From contig CAVZJV010000014.1 of the NCBI GenBank assembly GCA_963775685.1, positions 1,248,001 to 1,312,000 of the forward strand: a stretch of DNA of 64,000 nucleotides. Reading direction: 5' to 3'. The translations under genes were made by a program, and so were the position numbers. Origin of the DNA: Candidatus Bathyarchaeota archaeon. Lineage in GTDB: Archaea; Thermoproteota; Bathyarchaeia; Bathyarchaeales; Bathycorpusculaceae. Below are positions 51,564 through 62,672 of the stretch, one piece after another. Numbering within the stretch: position 1 is the stretch's first letter; the number at the start of each line of letters is the position of its first letter. The notes below the pieces were generated by a model that did no database searches, was not told the DNA's origin, and saw only the letters and a program-made list of their open reading frames with translations.

Positions 51564-52050
51564 TTGAAAGTTACTCCAAGATATGCGAGGCTCAGTTTAG
51601 ACTACATCACAGTTGCAGCCATAGTCGTCTTCATAGTTACGCTATTTCTGATGATTAAACGTCCGCAGGGTTTGCGGCTGGGTTACGCAACTGGCATTGG
51701 CGCAGTTGCTTCGCTATTGTTCGACAAAGCTAGTTTGGGGCAGGCGGCACAGTTGTTTTTGGAAATTTGGATGCAGCGTTGGCTTTCGTGGGCATCATTA
51801 CTATGTCGGTGACCTCGGGATGCTTGGGTTTCTTTAGGTGGGCGGCCTACGGGTCATCAGGTTTTCCCGGCGGAAGTGGATGGAGGCTATATTTTACATT
51901 ACCATGCTAGCCGCAACTGTAAGCATACTTTTTGCCAATGATAGCGCAGTATTAATTCTCACCCCCCATCGTTCTGGAAATTGTCACTTGCTTGAGCATT
52001 TTAGACAAAAAGGGCAAGCTCGCAGTCCTATTCACGGCAGGACTCATCGC
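51564..52050 (+). pseudogene. N-terminal fragment of an ArsB/NhaD-family transporter, frameshifted and truncated
   Basis: MIKRPQGL, FANDSAVLILTP motifs. Confidence 0.65.
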
Positions 52051-52336
52051 GGTTGCCCTTGCCAAGAACTACCATGGACAAGAAACAAGTCCCTTCCAGA
52101 TGCTACAGGAAGCTCAAGTACCTTAATCACCGAAGAAGAAACCGAAGCGAAAGAACAGAAACCAAGCCAAATGTAAGAAACACAAGCAGCAGAAACAAGG
52201 ACCATCGAGGGCATATGCATACCTGAACTCTACCAAGCCGTCATGAAGACCTTTTCAGAGCAGTTGGAAGGTTGGAAGAAACGCAAACTCTTCGAGCGCC
52301 AATGGGTAAGTCGAGAACTTCAAGAAGACCACAGGC

Positions 52337-52570
52337 ATGTCCATCGATGAAATGCAAACTACCCTGAAAGAGTTAGGAAACACTCTTAAAACAGGGGCTT
52401 CAACCACGGAATTCATTGAGCCACTCAATCAGTTGGCAGGTTATTATGTGCATCAACAAGGACAGCTTAGAGGTTTTGAGAAGAACCCGCAAAAGCTAGA
52501 GGAAAACCTGAAATTCATCGATTGCTGGGTTAACGACGCCGCAGCCCTGATAAAGATGCTAAACCGCTAG
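52337..52570 (+). pseudogene. C-terminal fragment of an unidentified protein
   Basis: Coding-like helical ORF preceded by frameshifted coding-like sequence from ~52050. Confidence 0.4.
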
Positions 52571-53607
52571 CCCACATGTATTTTCTTTAAAATTTCCCTG
52601 TAAACGGTCAAAGCAGTTTTTTCATCCGCAACCCCTTTTATCAGCATGCGCCCACCCTTGAAGAGACTAACCTCATATGTCTTGTAATCAAACATTAAGG
52701 CTAACTTTGATTTCAAACGCACATGGAAAGTCTCGTTAACCTGTGGGTAAACCTCTTCAAGGTTGAGTTTTAGGGGTTTTTCGGGGTTGATGTTGGCGGT
52801 TTCTTTGCCACATAGCCAAACCAGCCGCTCGCCGCCCGCAATCGACGCGATTTCGCCGTGGCATACTGGACAGCGTGTGTTTTTTGAGATATCTATGGTT
52901 GTGAAGTCATTGTCGCTGAAGTCACAAACCAACAGCTTATTCTTCAATGGGGAGCCCATGCCTGTTAGTATTTTTATGGTTTCCATGGCTTGCAGGGCAC
53001 CAATTATCCCAGTTGTTGCGCCCAAAACCCCTCTTGTGTTGCATGTTAGTAAGTCTGAGTCGGAAAGGTTAGGCATCAAACATTCTAAGCAACCAGTTTC
53101 AGGCGGAGCAAACACGGACAGGTTGCCTTCGATGCCTATGGCTGCACCAAAAACGTATGGAATCCCCAGTTTCACACAGGCACGATTAACAAAGTAGCGC
53201 GTAATCATGTTATCTAACCCATCAACCACGCAGTCAACGCCTTTCAGGAGGCGCTCAACGTTGTCTGCATTGACGTTTTCAGGAATCGCTTCCACAGTTA
53301 CGAGGGGATTTTGCTTTTCGAGCCTTTTAGAAGCGACCTCGGTTTTGGAGTAGTGGAGGTCGTCAGTGTTGTAGAGAATTTGGCGGTGCAGGTTGTGGAG
53401 TTCGATGGTGTCTTGGTCGATTAAGTGGATGTAGCCAACGCCCGCCAAAGCAAGGTAGAGTGATGACACGGTTCCCAATCCGCCTGCGCCGACTATGGCG
53501 ACTTTGGATTCAACGAGCTTCTGCTGCCCCTTCTCACCCAACTCTTTAAGTATGGTTTGGCGACTGTAGAACTTCTTTGCAAACGCCGTTTTTTCTGCCT
53601 CATCCAA
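52567..53607 (-). CDS. ThiF/MoeB/UbaA-family E1-like adenylyltransferase
   Basis: YSRQ, GAGGLG, NLHRQ, DGLDN, CLEC, CPVC. Confidence 0.92.
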   Translation of the reverse strand: MDEAEKTAFAKKFYSRQTILKELGEKGQQKLVESKVAIVGAGGLGTVSSLYLALAGVGYIHLIDQDTIELHNLHRQILYNTDDLHYSKTEVASKRLEKQNPLVTVEAIPENVNADNVERLLKGVDCVVDGLDNMITRYFVNRACVKLGIPYVFGAAIGIEGNLSVFAPPETGCLECLMPNLSDSDLLTCNTRGVLGATTGIIGALQAMETIKILTGMGSPLKNKLLVCDFSDNDFTTIDISKNTRCPVCHGEIASIAGGERLVWLCGKETANINPEKPLKLNLEEVYPQVNETFHVRLKSKLALMFDYKTYEVSLFKGGRMLIKGVADEKTALTVYREILKKIHVG

Positions 53608-53624
53608 CTGACTGAACGCCCTTG

Positions 53625-55323
53625 TTATTGTGTGCTATATTTGCCTTTATTGCGGAACTGCCTATCATATATTTCCCTAACTCGACCAAGCGTGTCAGCT
53701 TCCTCAGGTGTTTTGTCTTCTCTTATGCGGGTGATTCTAGCAAAACGAAGCGCCATCTTACTCAAGTATTTAGGGGGCTTTGTTGGATTTCATTATATGC
53801 AACTTGCACCACGATTTTGGGCATGACGATCATGCGATGACCTTCTTGGTCGAGGGCTGATTCTTTTAGGCGCTTGGTTAACTCAATGATTTCAGCGTCA
53901 GTTAAGCCTTTAACGTCTTGCCCACATTCAAAAACTCGCCCGTTACTCCGTCTCTTGCAGCAAGATAATAATCGGAGAGCCAGCCCTTTCGTCTGCCATA
54001 ACCGTACTCAGCCGCTGTGATGACAAGATCTAAAGGTTCAAGAATTGTTTTGATTTTTAGCCAACGTTTGCCCCGTCGCCCAGGCATGTATGGGCTATTG
54101 AGCTTTTTTGCCATTAACCCTTCGTATCCAGCGTCAATGGCCTCTTGGAGGAACTCCTGTGCCTGTGTTGGCTGGTCAATGACCATTTGGCTGGTCAAGA
54201 GAATTTCGCCTACGTTTTGGTCTAAAATTTTTCTGCGTTCGGCGTAGGGTTGAGTAATTAGACTTTTACCGTTCAAATAGAGAATATCGAATAGGTATAG
54301 AGTTAAGGGAACCTTCTTTGCCATATCACTGACACCTCGAATGCGTTTGAACCTGCGCATCAAGTGCTGAAAAGCAATAGGGAAACCAGCGCTATCCACC
54401 GAGATTACTTCTCCCTCCACAATGATAGATTGAGCAAAAAGATTTTGTTCGACGATTTCCACTATTTCAGGCAGACTCTCAGTTACATCGGTTAATCTTC
54501 TGCTGAAGATTTTTACTCTACCGTTTTGCTTGTGAATTTGCACTCTTGCCCCATCATACTTGTACTCGAAACCGGATTTGCCGCCATGCACAGTCAAGGC
54601 TTCGTTGACAGACTGCCCGGTTTGCGCAAGCATGAGCTTTACAGGGCGAAAAACAGCAAAACCTACATTTTCAAGGGCAAGGGGACCTTGGGTTTTTAGG
54701 ATCTCTGCAACTTCACCTATGTCGCCTAAAACCATGCTGGCATACTGAACACTTTGGAGCGGAACATTAAAGGCTAGTGCAATCGCTTGCTCCATTAAAC
54801 CTTCATGCAAGCCTGTACGCATTTCTCCAAGTGAAAATCTTAACAAGATATTTGGCTTCAATTGGAGAGGCTTGGCTCATCAGGGTGGTGACTAGGCGTT
54901 CTTTTTTGGTTCTAGTCCCTGACCCTTGTACCTTTGCAATGGCTTCAAATGCATGATTAGCTTCGGTTATGGTTAGGTATGTTTGGGTTAGTTGGGTTTG
55001 TTTTTTAGGCTTGGAACCTTCAAGAACGATTTGGGTAGCTGAGCCGATATCACCTGTGCTTGACATAGTCTGGCGGAAAAAGTCCCAATCGAATGCGCTT
55101 ATGCGCTTGAAGATACGGGTAAGAGTTGACCAGCTCAGGTATCTAGGGTTTTTTGGCTGTTCTTTGGGAAAGCTCGGCCTACCATCATGTTTACGGCAGA
55201 CTTTATCTCTTCGGAATCCAGCGTTTTTATGTAGTGGGCAGTTTGCTCTATAATTTCGAGTCGTCTTTTGGTCGCTTCGACCTTTTCAAGAAGTTCAGAG
55301 AGGGATTTGAAGAGTGCAGGCAT
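53625..55323 (-). pseudogene. lig: ATP-dependent DNA ligase, split by several frameshifts
   Basis: EYKYDGAR, EGE, FDILY, EGLMAK, WLKIK; OB-fold ALRFARI tail in other frames ending 53625. Confidence 0.85.
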
Positions 55324-55852
55324 CGGTTAAACCCAAAAGTGCTGACGCTATAACTAGCTCTTTAAGCTTAATTAATTATAACCTGCATTAACAACATGCT
55401 TGGAACCGAGAGTGTGCACAATTTTATGTACCAGTCAACGTTTTTGGTTTTATGGAAGCATCTTAACTATTTAGGCTCTTTGTTAACATATCAGGTTACA
55501 AGAGATATTCAATTTCCTTCTGCAGCTTCACTTCAAATTTTACTTGTTCAGTTAACGGCATTGTTGTTCTTCTCCCATGATCCGTTGACTTTTCATGACG
55601 TTTTGTGACGTTTCCAGACGCAACCTGCAAACACCACAACCCCTAAATTAAAGAACCACCCCAAAAATAAGCTTTCAGCATAGCAAATTCAAGTGTTGTT
55701 GTTCTCTTAACACAACAAAAAATTTCCAGAAAACCCTCAACCAATAAGACCCAACAAAACATAAAAAAATTAATGCTGACACCGAATCTAAAAGAAACTA
55801 ACTGTAAAAAGTGAGGCATGGTGGAACCTAAAAAAACAGGTTCAGACAGCGG

Positions 55853-56266
55853 TTAGGAGAACACTGAAAAAGATGATTCGCCTTCAGGCTCTTGCCGTTT
55901 CTTGTTTAAACCATCAATTTTCTTGGTTAACTCATCAGCTTCTTTGGTGTTGCCCAATGCTCTTTGGCTCTCCCGTGCCTGCTCAAAAGCGCTTATGCCA
56001 TATCTGTCAAATCCTTTGCTAAGTGAGATGTCAGCGGATTTGGTGAACAATTCAACAGCTTTCTCGAATTCTTTGAGGACAAAGCTGCATTCACCTGCTT
56101 TATAGTTCATTTCTGCAGAGCCAAAATAGTTCTGTCCTTTGTAGTAGAGTTCAGCTACTTTGACGTATAAGTCGCGTGCTTCTGTGTATTTGCAGTTTTC
56201 CATTAACGCGTTAGCATCTTTGTGCATCTTAATTGGATCTTCTCTAACTGTACTCATTTTATGCAA
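55853..56266 (-). CDS. TPR/SNAP-like helical repeat protein
   Basis: Repeating A..Y..A helical pattern. Confidence 0.7.
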   Translation of the reverse strand: MHKMSTVREDPIKMHKDANALMENCKYTEARDLYVKVAELYYKGQNYFGSAEMNYKAGECSFVLKEFEKAVELFTKSADISLSKGFDRYGISAFEQARESQRALGNTKEADELTKKIDGLNKKRQEPEGESSFSVFS

Positions 56267-56450
56267 CCCTTGATGTTTGTATTATCCATCGAGGAAGTAA
56301 CATTTAGATTTTCCCCTTCCACAACGGTTTCTTTAGCGTTCAAAAAAACTCTAGCCCCAATATTAAAAAGCAAATTCCTATCGGCGCAAGTTTTATCAAA
56401 GATGTTTTTATAGGGCACCTTAAAGGTAGTATCTCTGAACCTATAACGCT

Positions 56451-57020
56451 GTGAAAACTATGGATAACAAGCAAAACCCAAAAGCAAAGCAACAAGGATT
56501 TACCCAATCGGTCGCTTTCAGAATTACCGTCGCCGCCGTTTTCGCAGCGCTCGTGTTTGTGGTAACTTCACAGATTCCACCCATTCCCATACCCACCACG
56601 TCAGGCTACTTCAACATTGGAGAAACAACAATCTACGCAGCTGCTTTAGTTTTTGGTCCACTGGTCGGAGTCATAGCAGGCGGGATAGGCTCAGCGCTAT
56701 CTGACATCTACTTGGGCTATGCTCTGTTCGCTCCAGGCACTCTGGCTATCAAGGGAGCCGAAGGCTTAATCGTCGGGTTCCTAAATATGCACCTAAGAAA
56801 ATACATCAAAAACCTCACCTTGTGCGCCACAATCTCGGTCATCGCTGGAGGATTAGAAATGGTTACAGGATATTTCCTCTACGAACAATTCATAGTGGGC
56901 TCAGTTGCAATAGCAGAGGCTCCATTCAACATTGTTCAGATGCTAATCGGCTTAGTAGTCGCAGTGCCAGTGATGCATGCTGTTTTCCGTGTAATCCCAC
57001 AGCTTAAAAGCCAGTTTTAA
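56451..57020 (+). CDS. ECF transporter S component
   Basis: GYFNIGE, GGIGSALSD, APGTLAIKG. Confidence 0.88.
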   Translation: MKTMDNKQNPKAKQQGFTQSVAFRITVAAVFAALVFVVTSQIPPIPIPTTSGYFNIGETTIYAAALVFGPLVGVIAGGIGSALSDIYLGYALFAPGTLAIKGAEGLIVGFLNMHLRKYIKNLTLCATISVIAGGLEMVTGYFLYEQFIVGSVAIAEAPFNIVQMLIGLVVAVPVMHAVFRVIPQLKSQF

Positions 57021-57033
57021 CAGAGAATAACCT

Positions 57034-58041
57034 ATGAAGCTTCCGCCTGGAAAAATCCCAATAGAAATCCTCAAAGAAGTGGTTTTTAAGAATCTTGGCG
57101 CGCCACGCAACGAAGTCACGTTAGGACCAACCGCAGGAGTAGACGGCGCGGTTCTTGATTTCGGCAACAAAAACGTAGTGGTCTCCATGGATCCAATAAC
57201 GGGCGCGGTTGAACGCGTCGGATGGGAAGCTATAAACGTAAACGCCAACGACGTCGCAACCTTCGGCGTAGAACCAGCTTTCTTATTCTCATGCATCATG
57301 CTTCCAGAAAACTCAGACAGCAAAATGGTCGAAACCATAAGCATCCAGATGCACAACGCAGCCAAAGACCTTGGTATAGCAATCGTTGGGGGGCACTGCG
57401 AATCCACCCCCGGCTTAGCAAACCCCATCGTGGTGGGCTGCATTATGGGCTTAACCGAAAAAGGCAAATACGTCACCGCTGCAGGCGCCCAAGCAGGAGA
57501 CAAACTGATTCTGACCAAGAGCGCAGGTATCGAGGGAACAGCCATCTTAGCCTCCGACCGAGAAGCTCAACTCTCAAAAACCTTCAGCCCAACACTGCTT
57601 GAAACCGCCAAAGGCTTCTTCAACCAAATCAGTGTAGTAAAAGATGCTTTGACCGCTTATAAGGCAGGCGGAGTCCACGCGATGCACGACCCAACCGAAG
57701 GCGGCATCCTAAACGGAATTCACGAAATGGCAGACGCCGCAAGTTTAGGCACCACCGTCTTTGAAGAGAAAATTACAGTCGAGCCTGAAACCGCTAAAAT
57801 CTGCAGGTTCTACGAAATTGACCCATTGCAACTAATTAGCTCAGGTGCCCTGCTTATAGCAGCTGACCCACAAGCAGCAAGCAAAATAGTCGAGGAATTG
57901 TGCCAAGAGCATGTTTACGCTGAAATAATCGGTGAATTCAACCCAAACCCAAACAAACGCATACTCAAGCACAAAGATGACTCAGCAGAGATGTTACCAA
58001 GACCAGTCTCAGACCATCTTTGGATCGCATTATCACGTTAA
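57034..58041 (+). CDS. AIR synthase-related (PurM/HypE/ThiL fold) protein
   Basis: GVDGA, SMDPIT, NANDVA, IVGGH, MHDPTEGG. Confidence 0.88.
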   Translation: MKLPPGKIPIEILKEVVFKNLGAPRNEVTLGPTAGVDGAVLDFGNKNVVVSMDPITGAVERVGWEAINVNANDVATFGVEPAFLFSCIMLPENSDSKMVETISIQMHNAAKDLGIAIVGGHCESTPGLANPIVVGCIMGLTEKGKYVTAAGAQAGDKLILTKSAGIEGTAILASDREAQLSKTFSPTLLETAKGFFNQISVVKDALTAYKAGGVHAMHDPTEGGILNGIHEMADAASLGTTVFEEKITVEPETAKICRFYEIDPLQLISSGALLIAADPQAASKIVEELCQEHVYAEIIGEFNPNPNKRILKHKDDSAEMLPRPVSDHLWIALSR

Positions 58042-58249
58042 ACTGCCCCCAAACCCGTTAACGGCATCTAATCACACACCCAAAAAAACGCAAAGACATA
58101 GTCGGATCACGATTTATGTTAAAGCATTCTAAGCATTTCTCTGCAAATATGCAAAAAGGCGTGGAACGGTACCAATCAAAATAGAATAATGCTTTTTATA
58201 GTTCTAACATGAGATAAGTAATAACAATTAAGCGGCTAGTGACACTTAT

Positions 58250-59293
58250 TTGACCTCAGATTTCAAGAAAGCAGCATCAATAGCGGCACGATCACTTGCT
58301 TCTGGCAAACCTCATCATGCTCAGTGGCTAGTCACTAGAAAATGTAATTATCAATGCCGCGGCTGCAACGTCTGGAAAGAACAGGACCAAAGAGAACTCA
58401 CAGCCAACGAAATCAAGAAAGGCTTAGATATTCTAAAAAAACTTGGCATAGTTGAGCTTGTTCTTTCAGGTGGAGATCCCCTGCTCCGAGATGACATAGG
58501 AGAAATAATCGATTACGCCTCAAAACTATTTGTTACCACTGTTTATGATAATGGGAGCATGGCTGCAAAAAAAATCGATTTACTGCGAAAAGTGGACTTC
58601 GTCGCAATTTCAATAGACAGTTTAGATGAAGCAAAGAATGATTACATCAAAGCTGTGCCAGGCGCCTGGAAAAATGCCACTCAAACCGTAGATACCCTCC
58701 ACAAAGAAGGAGTAAAAGTAAGCGTTACCCCGACGATTTCGCAAAAAAACCTCTATGAAATCATTGATTTAACCAACCATTTTACAGGCAAAGGAATCCC
58801 AGTTTGGTACTGCCTCTATGCGTATGACACTTCTGCAGATAATAAACAACTGTTTAAGATTGGCAAAGCAAACAACGAGTTCGTCATAACAGATAGACAA
58901 GCAATGGTTAACCTTTGCAATTCGCTCTTTGAGATGAAAAAGAAAAACAAGAAAATCCTCATGACCAACAAGCTGTTGGAGGCAGTGAGGAGAATCTATG
59001 AGGAAGATAGTCAGAGAACATGGAAGTGCCAAGCACTAAATCAGTTCCTAGTTATTGACCATTTGGGCAGAGTTGCCGGTTGCCACAGTCACAACTTTGC
59101 TGGCTCAATTTTTGATTTGCCCCGAAAATGGAAAAGTCCAGAATTTAAGGAACTGCGAGAAACTTACCATGAATGTACACAATGTAACTACCTCTGCTAT
59201 GTGTTCTATTCTATTCATGGAAGCCCATCGGGCCACCTGTCATTAGCTAAGGACCAGTGGAAAAACGCAAAGCTACTTTTCCAAAAAAGTTAA
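58250..59293 (+). CDS. Radical SAM protein with C-terminal SPASM/Twitch-like Cys motifs
   Basis: CNYQCRGC, SGGDPLLR, C-terminal CTQCNYLC. Confidence 0.88.
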   Translation: MTSDFKKAASIAARSLASGKPHHAQWLVTRKCNYQCRGCNVWKEQDQRELTANEIKKGLDILKKLGIVELVLSGGDPLLRDDIGEIIDYASKLFVTTVYDNGSMAAKKIDLLRKVDFVAISIDSLDEAKNDYIKAVPGAWKNATQTVDTLHKEGVKVSVTPTISQKNLYEIIDLTNHFTGKGIPVWYCLYAYDTSADNKQLFKIGKANNEFVITDRQAMVNLCNSLFEMKKKNKKILMTNKLLEAVRRIYEEDSQRTWKCQALNQFLVIDHLGRVAGCHSHNFAGSIFDLPRKWKSPEFKELRETYHECTQCNYLCYVFYSIHGSPSGHLSLAKDQWKNAKLLFQKS

Positions 59294-59297
59294 GTAC

Positions 59298-59540
59298 CTA
59301 TTTTTTAGCAGAATCGGAAAAATCATCAGGAACCCCCCCAGAAGACGGACCCTCAATCTTTGGTTCGTCGTCAAGATTATGCCAAGCCATTTTGGTGGGA
59401 TTAGTTTGTCCAAGAACACCCGTTATCAATCTTGGCCCTGCATCTTGGGGCTTTTTTAATTCAACAATCGCAGGCAAAAATAATAGCCCGACAGAAAATA
59501 CAGAAGCCAACGCCAAAACAACTAGCAACAAATCTATCAT
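59298..59540 (-). CDS. Small membrane protein
   Basis: N-terminal TM helix, ELKKPQDAGPR. Confidence 0.55.
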   Translation of the reverse strand: MIDLLLVVLALASVFSVGLLFLPAIVELKKPQDAGPRLITGVLGQTNPTKMAWHNLDDEPKIEGPSSGGVPDDFSDSAKK

Positions 59541-59558
59541 CTAAACAGCGGCACTCCA

Positions 59559-60857
59559 TTAGTTTGAATTCTCAATATAACAATTTCCGCTCCCAGAATG
59601 CATGGTTTTTTCCCAAACATGATTATTTTTTCTCATAATTTTTGAAGCCAACACATCAAAGAATGCTTTTAAGCAAATTGGAATATTAAAAAAGAAAGTG
59701 AATGACAAACAAGGAATCAACCATTGCGTTCTTGTTCGGCCATCTAAGTATAAACCCGCTCCGACCTCAAAAAAGGGAGCAAAATTTCCCACAAAACTGT
59801 AAAGAGAAATTGGTACTGACAGCCACAGAAACACAGTTAGCGAGAAACTTGAAAAATTTAAGAAAACAAGAGGCAACCCAACCAACAAGGATAACAAAAC
59901 CAAAATAGGCATAAAATAGATACTTAGCAACATAAAGCCATCGATTTTTTCTCTAAGGCTTAATTTTGGGCTCTTTATAAGATTCAAAGAATGCTTGAAG
60001 AAGCATTGCATGTGCCCCTTTGCCCACCTATACCGTTGGCGCTTGTAAGATTTCCAATTATCAACTGCTTCCTCATAGCATTCGGCGTCTACATTATACT
60101 TTACTCTGTAACCCGCTAGGTACACTCTGAAAGTTAAATCGGTGTCTTCAGCTAACATTGACTCATCCCAACCTTTCAAACTTTTGAGTATACTACTTCT
60201 AAAACCGCCCACTGTGCCGCCGAACTGTGTAATTAATCCTAAGTTATCTCGAGCTTCTTGGTCAACTCTGTACCCGCCTGTTCGCTCCAGTGCAACCATC
60301 CTAGTGACGAAGTTTTGAGGTTCATTTAGGACAACAACTCTACCCTGTACTGCGCCAATCCGTGGGTCGAGAAAGCTCTGAGTGAGCTTTTCAACGATAT
60401 CCTTCTGAGGATAATAATCAGCATCAAAACAAAGAATGATTTCACTCCTACATAGACTAAAACCATGATTCATCACTGAAGCTTTACCTTTTGCACCGTT
60501 GCTTTTGTCACGATGAACCACTTCGATGAATGGATACTTTTGCTGGTATTTGTATGCAATCTTTCCGGTTTGGTCACTTGAAGCGTCGTTTAGAACTATC
60601 ACTTGCATTTTGTCTTTTGGATAGGTAAATTTGATTATTTGTTGTAACAGTCGCCCGATAACATTTTCCTCGTTGTGTGCAGGGATAATAATGGAAACAG
60701 TGGGCTGGAATGTTGAGGGCCTTTGAGCGTCTATCGTTTTATTTTTTGAGTCTCTTAGAACTGAAAGTGTAAAAATGTAATGTCTGACTATGTACGCCAT
60801 CATGGTCAGGGTCAAAAGCAGGAAAAAACCTTCCAAGATTTCAAGGAACAAATTCAA
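59559..60857 (-). CDS. Family 2 glycosyltransferase (cellulose-synthase-like)
   Basis: IPAHNEE, FDAD, AEDTD, QRYRW. Confidence 0.92.
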   Translation of the reverse strand: MNLFLEILEGFFLLLTLTMMAYIVRHYIFTLSVLRDSKNKTIDAQRPSTFQPTVSIIIPAHNEENVIGRLLQQIIKFTYPKDKMQVIVLNDASSDQTGKIAYKYQQKYPFIEVVHRDKSNGAKGKASVMNHGFSLCRSEIILCFDADYYPQKDIVEKLTQSFLDPRIGAVQGRVVVLNEPQNFVTRMVALERTGGYRVDQEARDNLGLITQFGGTVGGFRSSILKSLKGWDESMLAEDTDLTFRVYLAGYRVKYNVDAECYEEAVDNWKSYKRQRYRWAKGHMQCFFKHSLNLIKSPKLSLREKIDGFMLLSIYFMPILVLLSLLVGLPLVFLNFSSFSLTVFLWLSVPISLYSFVGNFAPFFEVGAGLYLDGRTRTQWLIPCLSFTFFFNIPICLKAFFDVLASKIMRKNNHVWEKTMHSGSGNCYIENSN

Positions 60858-61255
60858 AACTCCTTAATTACGCGATTATCTGGATGGACAAGTGTAAGGC
60901 TTAGGGACCAAAAGGAAACTATCCAAAGTGTAATGAAAAAAGGAAAGAAAATCAAACAAAAACTGTTAAAAGTTGAACCATAAATTTTTGATCCCGTGGC
61001 ATCCAAGATATTAAAGATAAAGTTCCAGCATAGACCTGTATAGTTTCCCACGACCAAAAGTGAAAGCTTAAGGTTTAAGGTTCCGTTTAGGTAAAAGAAC
61101 AAAGACGCGAAGATAAAATTGAAGATCACAAGAGTTGCTGTAGATTGAATTTGTGCACCTGAATTTGATTTGTAGAGAAGAAAGCTTGAGGCAATGAGAC
61201 AAAGAATAATGGCTTCCACTAAGAGAACAGACAGTATTCGATTTAAGACCTTCAC
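60854..61255 (-). CDS. Membrane protein
   Basis: Four hydrophobic segments; overlaps GT2 start. Confidence 0.65.
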   Translation of the reverse strand: MKVLNRILSVLLVEAIILCLIASSFLLYKSNSGAQIQSTATLVIFNFIFASLFFYLNGTLNLKLSLLVVGNYTGLCWNFIFNILDATGSKIYGSTFNSFCLIFFPFFITLWIVSFWSLSLTLVHPDNRVIKEF

Positions 61256-61381
61256 TTTTGCCCCCTCTCCTTACCCAATATCATTTGTCTAGAGAGGGTC
61301 AATATTTTGGATTACAGTTTTAAGTCCTTTGGAATACAGTTAGGGAAGACAATACTAGAAGTTACCTCTATTTTTTAAAAG

Positions 61382-61993
61382 CTAAACAGAAATAGCTGAC
61401 AAAGCCACGTTATCAATCACTTTACAAAGAACTTCGAAGACTTCGTTTGCACTTAAATTGTCGGTATCTAAAATGAAGTCAAATGGTTTAAAGTCTTCAC
61501 CTAAACTAAAACCGTAAAGAGTTCGGTAAATGACTTTGGTGCGTGCCTCTTTCTCCTTCAACACCTCAAATGCTTGGTCAACAGTCATTCCATCTCTTAT
61601 CGCAACTCTCGCTACCCTTTTCTCGAATGATGCTTCCAGCCAGATTTTAAAGCCTTCCTCTAATAGCCAAGGCATAGTCCAACTGTCCAGAAGAACATTC
61701 CCCTTTTGAGCATACTCTAAAAGTTTATCATCAACTTCTTGGTCAAATTTTGGATCGTTTACTCTTTCATTAAGAAATTTCAAGCCTTCCGGGCTCTCCC
61801 ACCAACCTCGAACAGAAACATCATAACCTTCTTCTTTTGCGATTTCTTTTAAAACATCGCCTCCAGAATAATAGCCCAAGCCATATTTTTCAGCTAGTTT
61901 TTTGGATAGCGTGCTTTTTCCGGTTCCCGCCATTCCTGAAATGCAGATTACTGTTTGTTTGGGGAGTACGCAGAGTTTTTCTTGTTTGGCCAT
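61382..61993 (-). CDS. cmk: Cytidylate kinase (archaeal type)
   Basis: ISGMAGTGKST, DQEVD, KIWLEAS. Confidence 0.88.
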   Translation of the reverse strand: MAKQEKLCVLPKQTVICISGMAGTGKSTLSKKLAEKYGLGYYSGGDVLKEIAKEEGYDVSVRGWWESPEGLKFLNERVNDPKFDQEVDDKLLEYAQKGNVLLDSWTMPWLLEEGFKIWLEASFEKRVARVAIRDGMTVDQAFEVLKEKEARTKVIYRTLYGFSLGEDFKPFDFILDTDNLSANEVFEVLCKVIDNVALSAISV

Positions 61994-62017
61994 ATGGCGT
62001 TCACCCAAAGTTCAACG

Positions 62018-62545
62018 TTATATTACGCCTTGTTCAATGGGCATTATGCCTATTATGCGTGAGGATAACAACCCGAAAAAGAGTGAACAGATTGGGTACC
62101 AGTAGAACACTGGAACAGCATTAGGAGATACAACAGACACGCCATTAACGATGTGATGTGCATTGGCGATTGTACCAATACCAGGTATGAAAGCCATCTG
62201 AGTGCTTCCAAATACAGGCGTCAATACTAAAAACCAGACAATGAGATACACGAAAGATATTCCAAACTGAACCATCTGGGGCTTCATCATTTTTGCCTGC
62301 ATGTTTTTTATCTGTGAGTCTTTCTTTTTGAGTCTTTCAACCTGTTTTTTATCGTTTGCGCGCATAGCCGCCATGGTTTCTGAGCGGTGCTCTGCCATTT
62401 CTTTCTGCATGACACGGTATTGTTCCCAGCCGACAAAGTAGTTAATTAAAACCCTGTTAATGCCAGAGTTTAAGAAAGCAATTCCAGCTGCAATAGCCAT
62501 AATGATTAAAGTTGCCAAAGGCAACGTGGTAACTACAGACATCAT
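62018..62545 (-). CDS. EMC3/TMCO1 (DUF106, Oxa1 superfamily) membrane insertase
   Basis: TM-coiled coil-TM layout, MMKP, WYPICS; next to cmk as usual in archaea. Confidence 0.85.
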   Translation of the reverse strand: MMSVVTTLPLATLIIMAIAAGIAFLNSGINRVLINYFVGWEQYRVMQKEMAEHRSETMAAMRANDKKQVERLKKKDSQIKNMQAKMMKPQMVQFGISFVYLIVWFLVLTPVFGSTQMAFIPGIGTIANAHHIVNGVSVVSPNAVPVFYWYPICSLFFGLLSSRIIGIMPIEQGVI

Positions 62546-62672
62546 TTTTTCCTCTTACCGCTTTAAGCCTATGCCTACATGTTTCTTGTTAATAACTATT
62601 TTCACTTATTTAGGTTCTAAAGAGGGTAAGAAACTGTTTCTTTTAAAAAAAAGAAAAACTTTAATATTTCAG

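Noticed and set aside
4765-55323. Programmed frameshifting, phase variation or mass pseudogenisation to explain the many split genes
   Set aside because: The breaks inspected sit at short homopolymers (G-run ~5250, A-run ~23853) and protein similarity continues on both sides; long-read indel error is simpler. Read polishing would decide.
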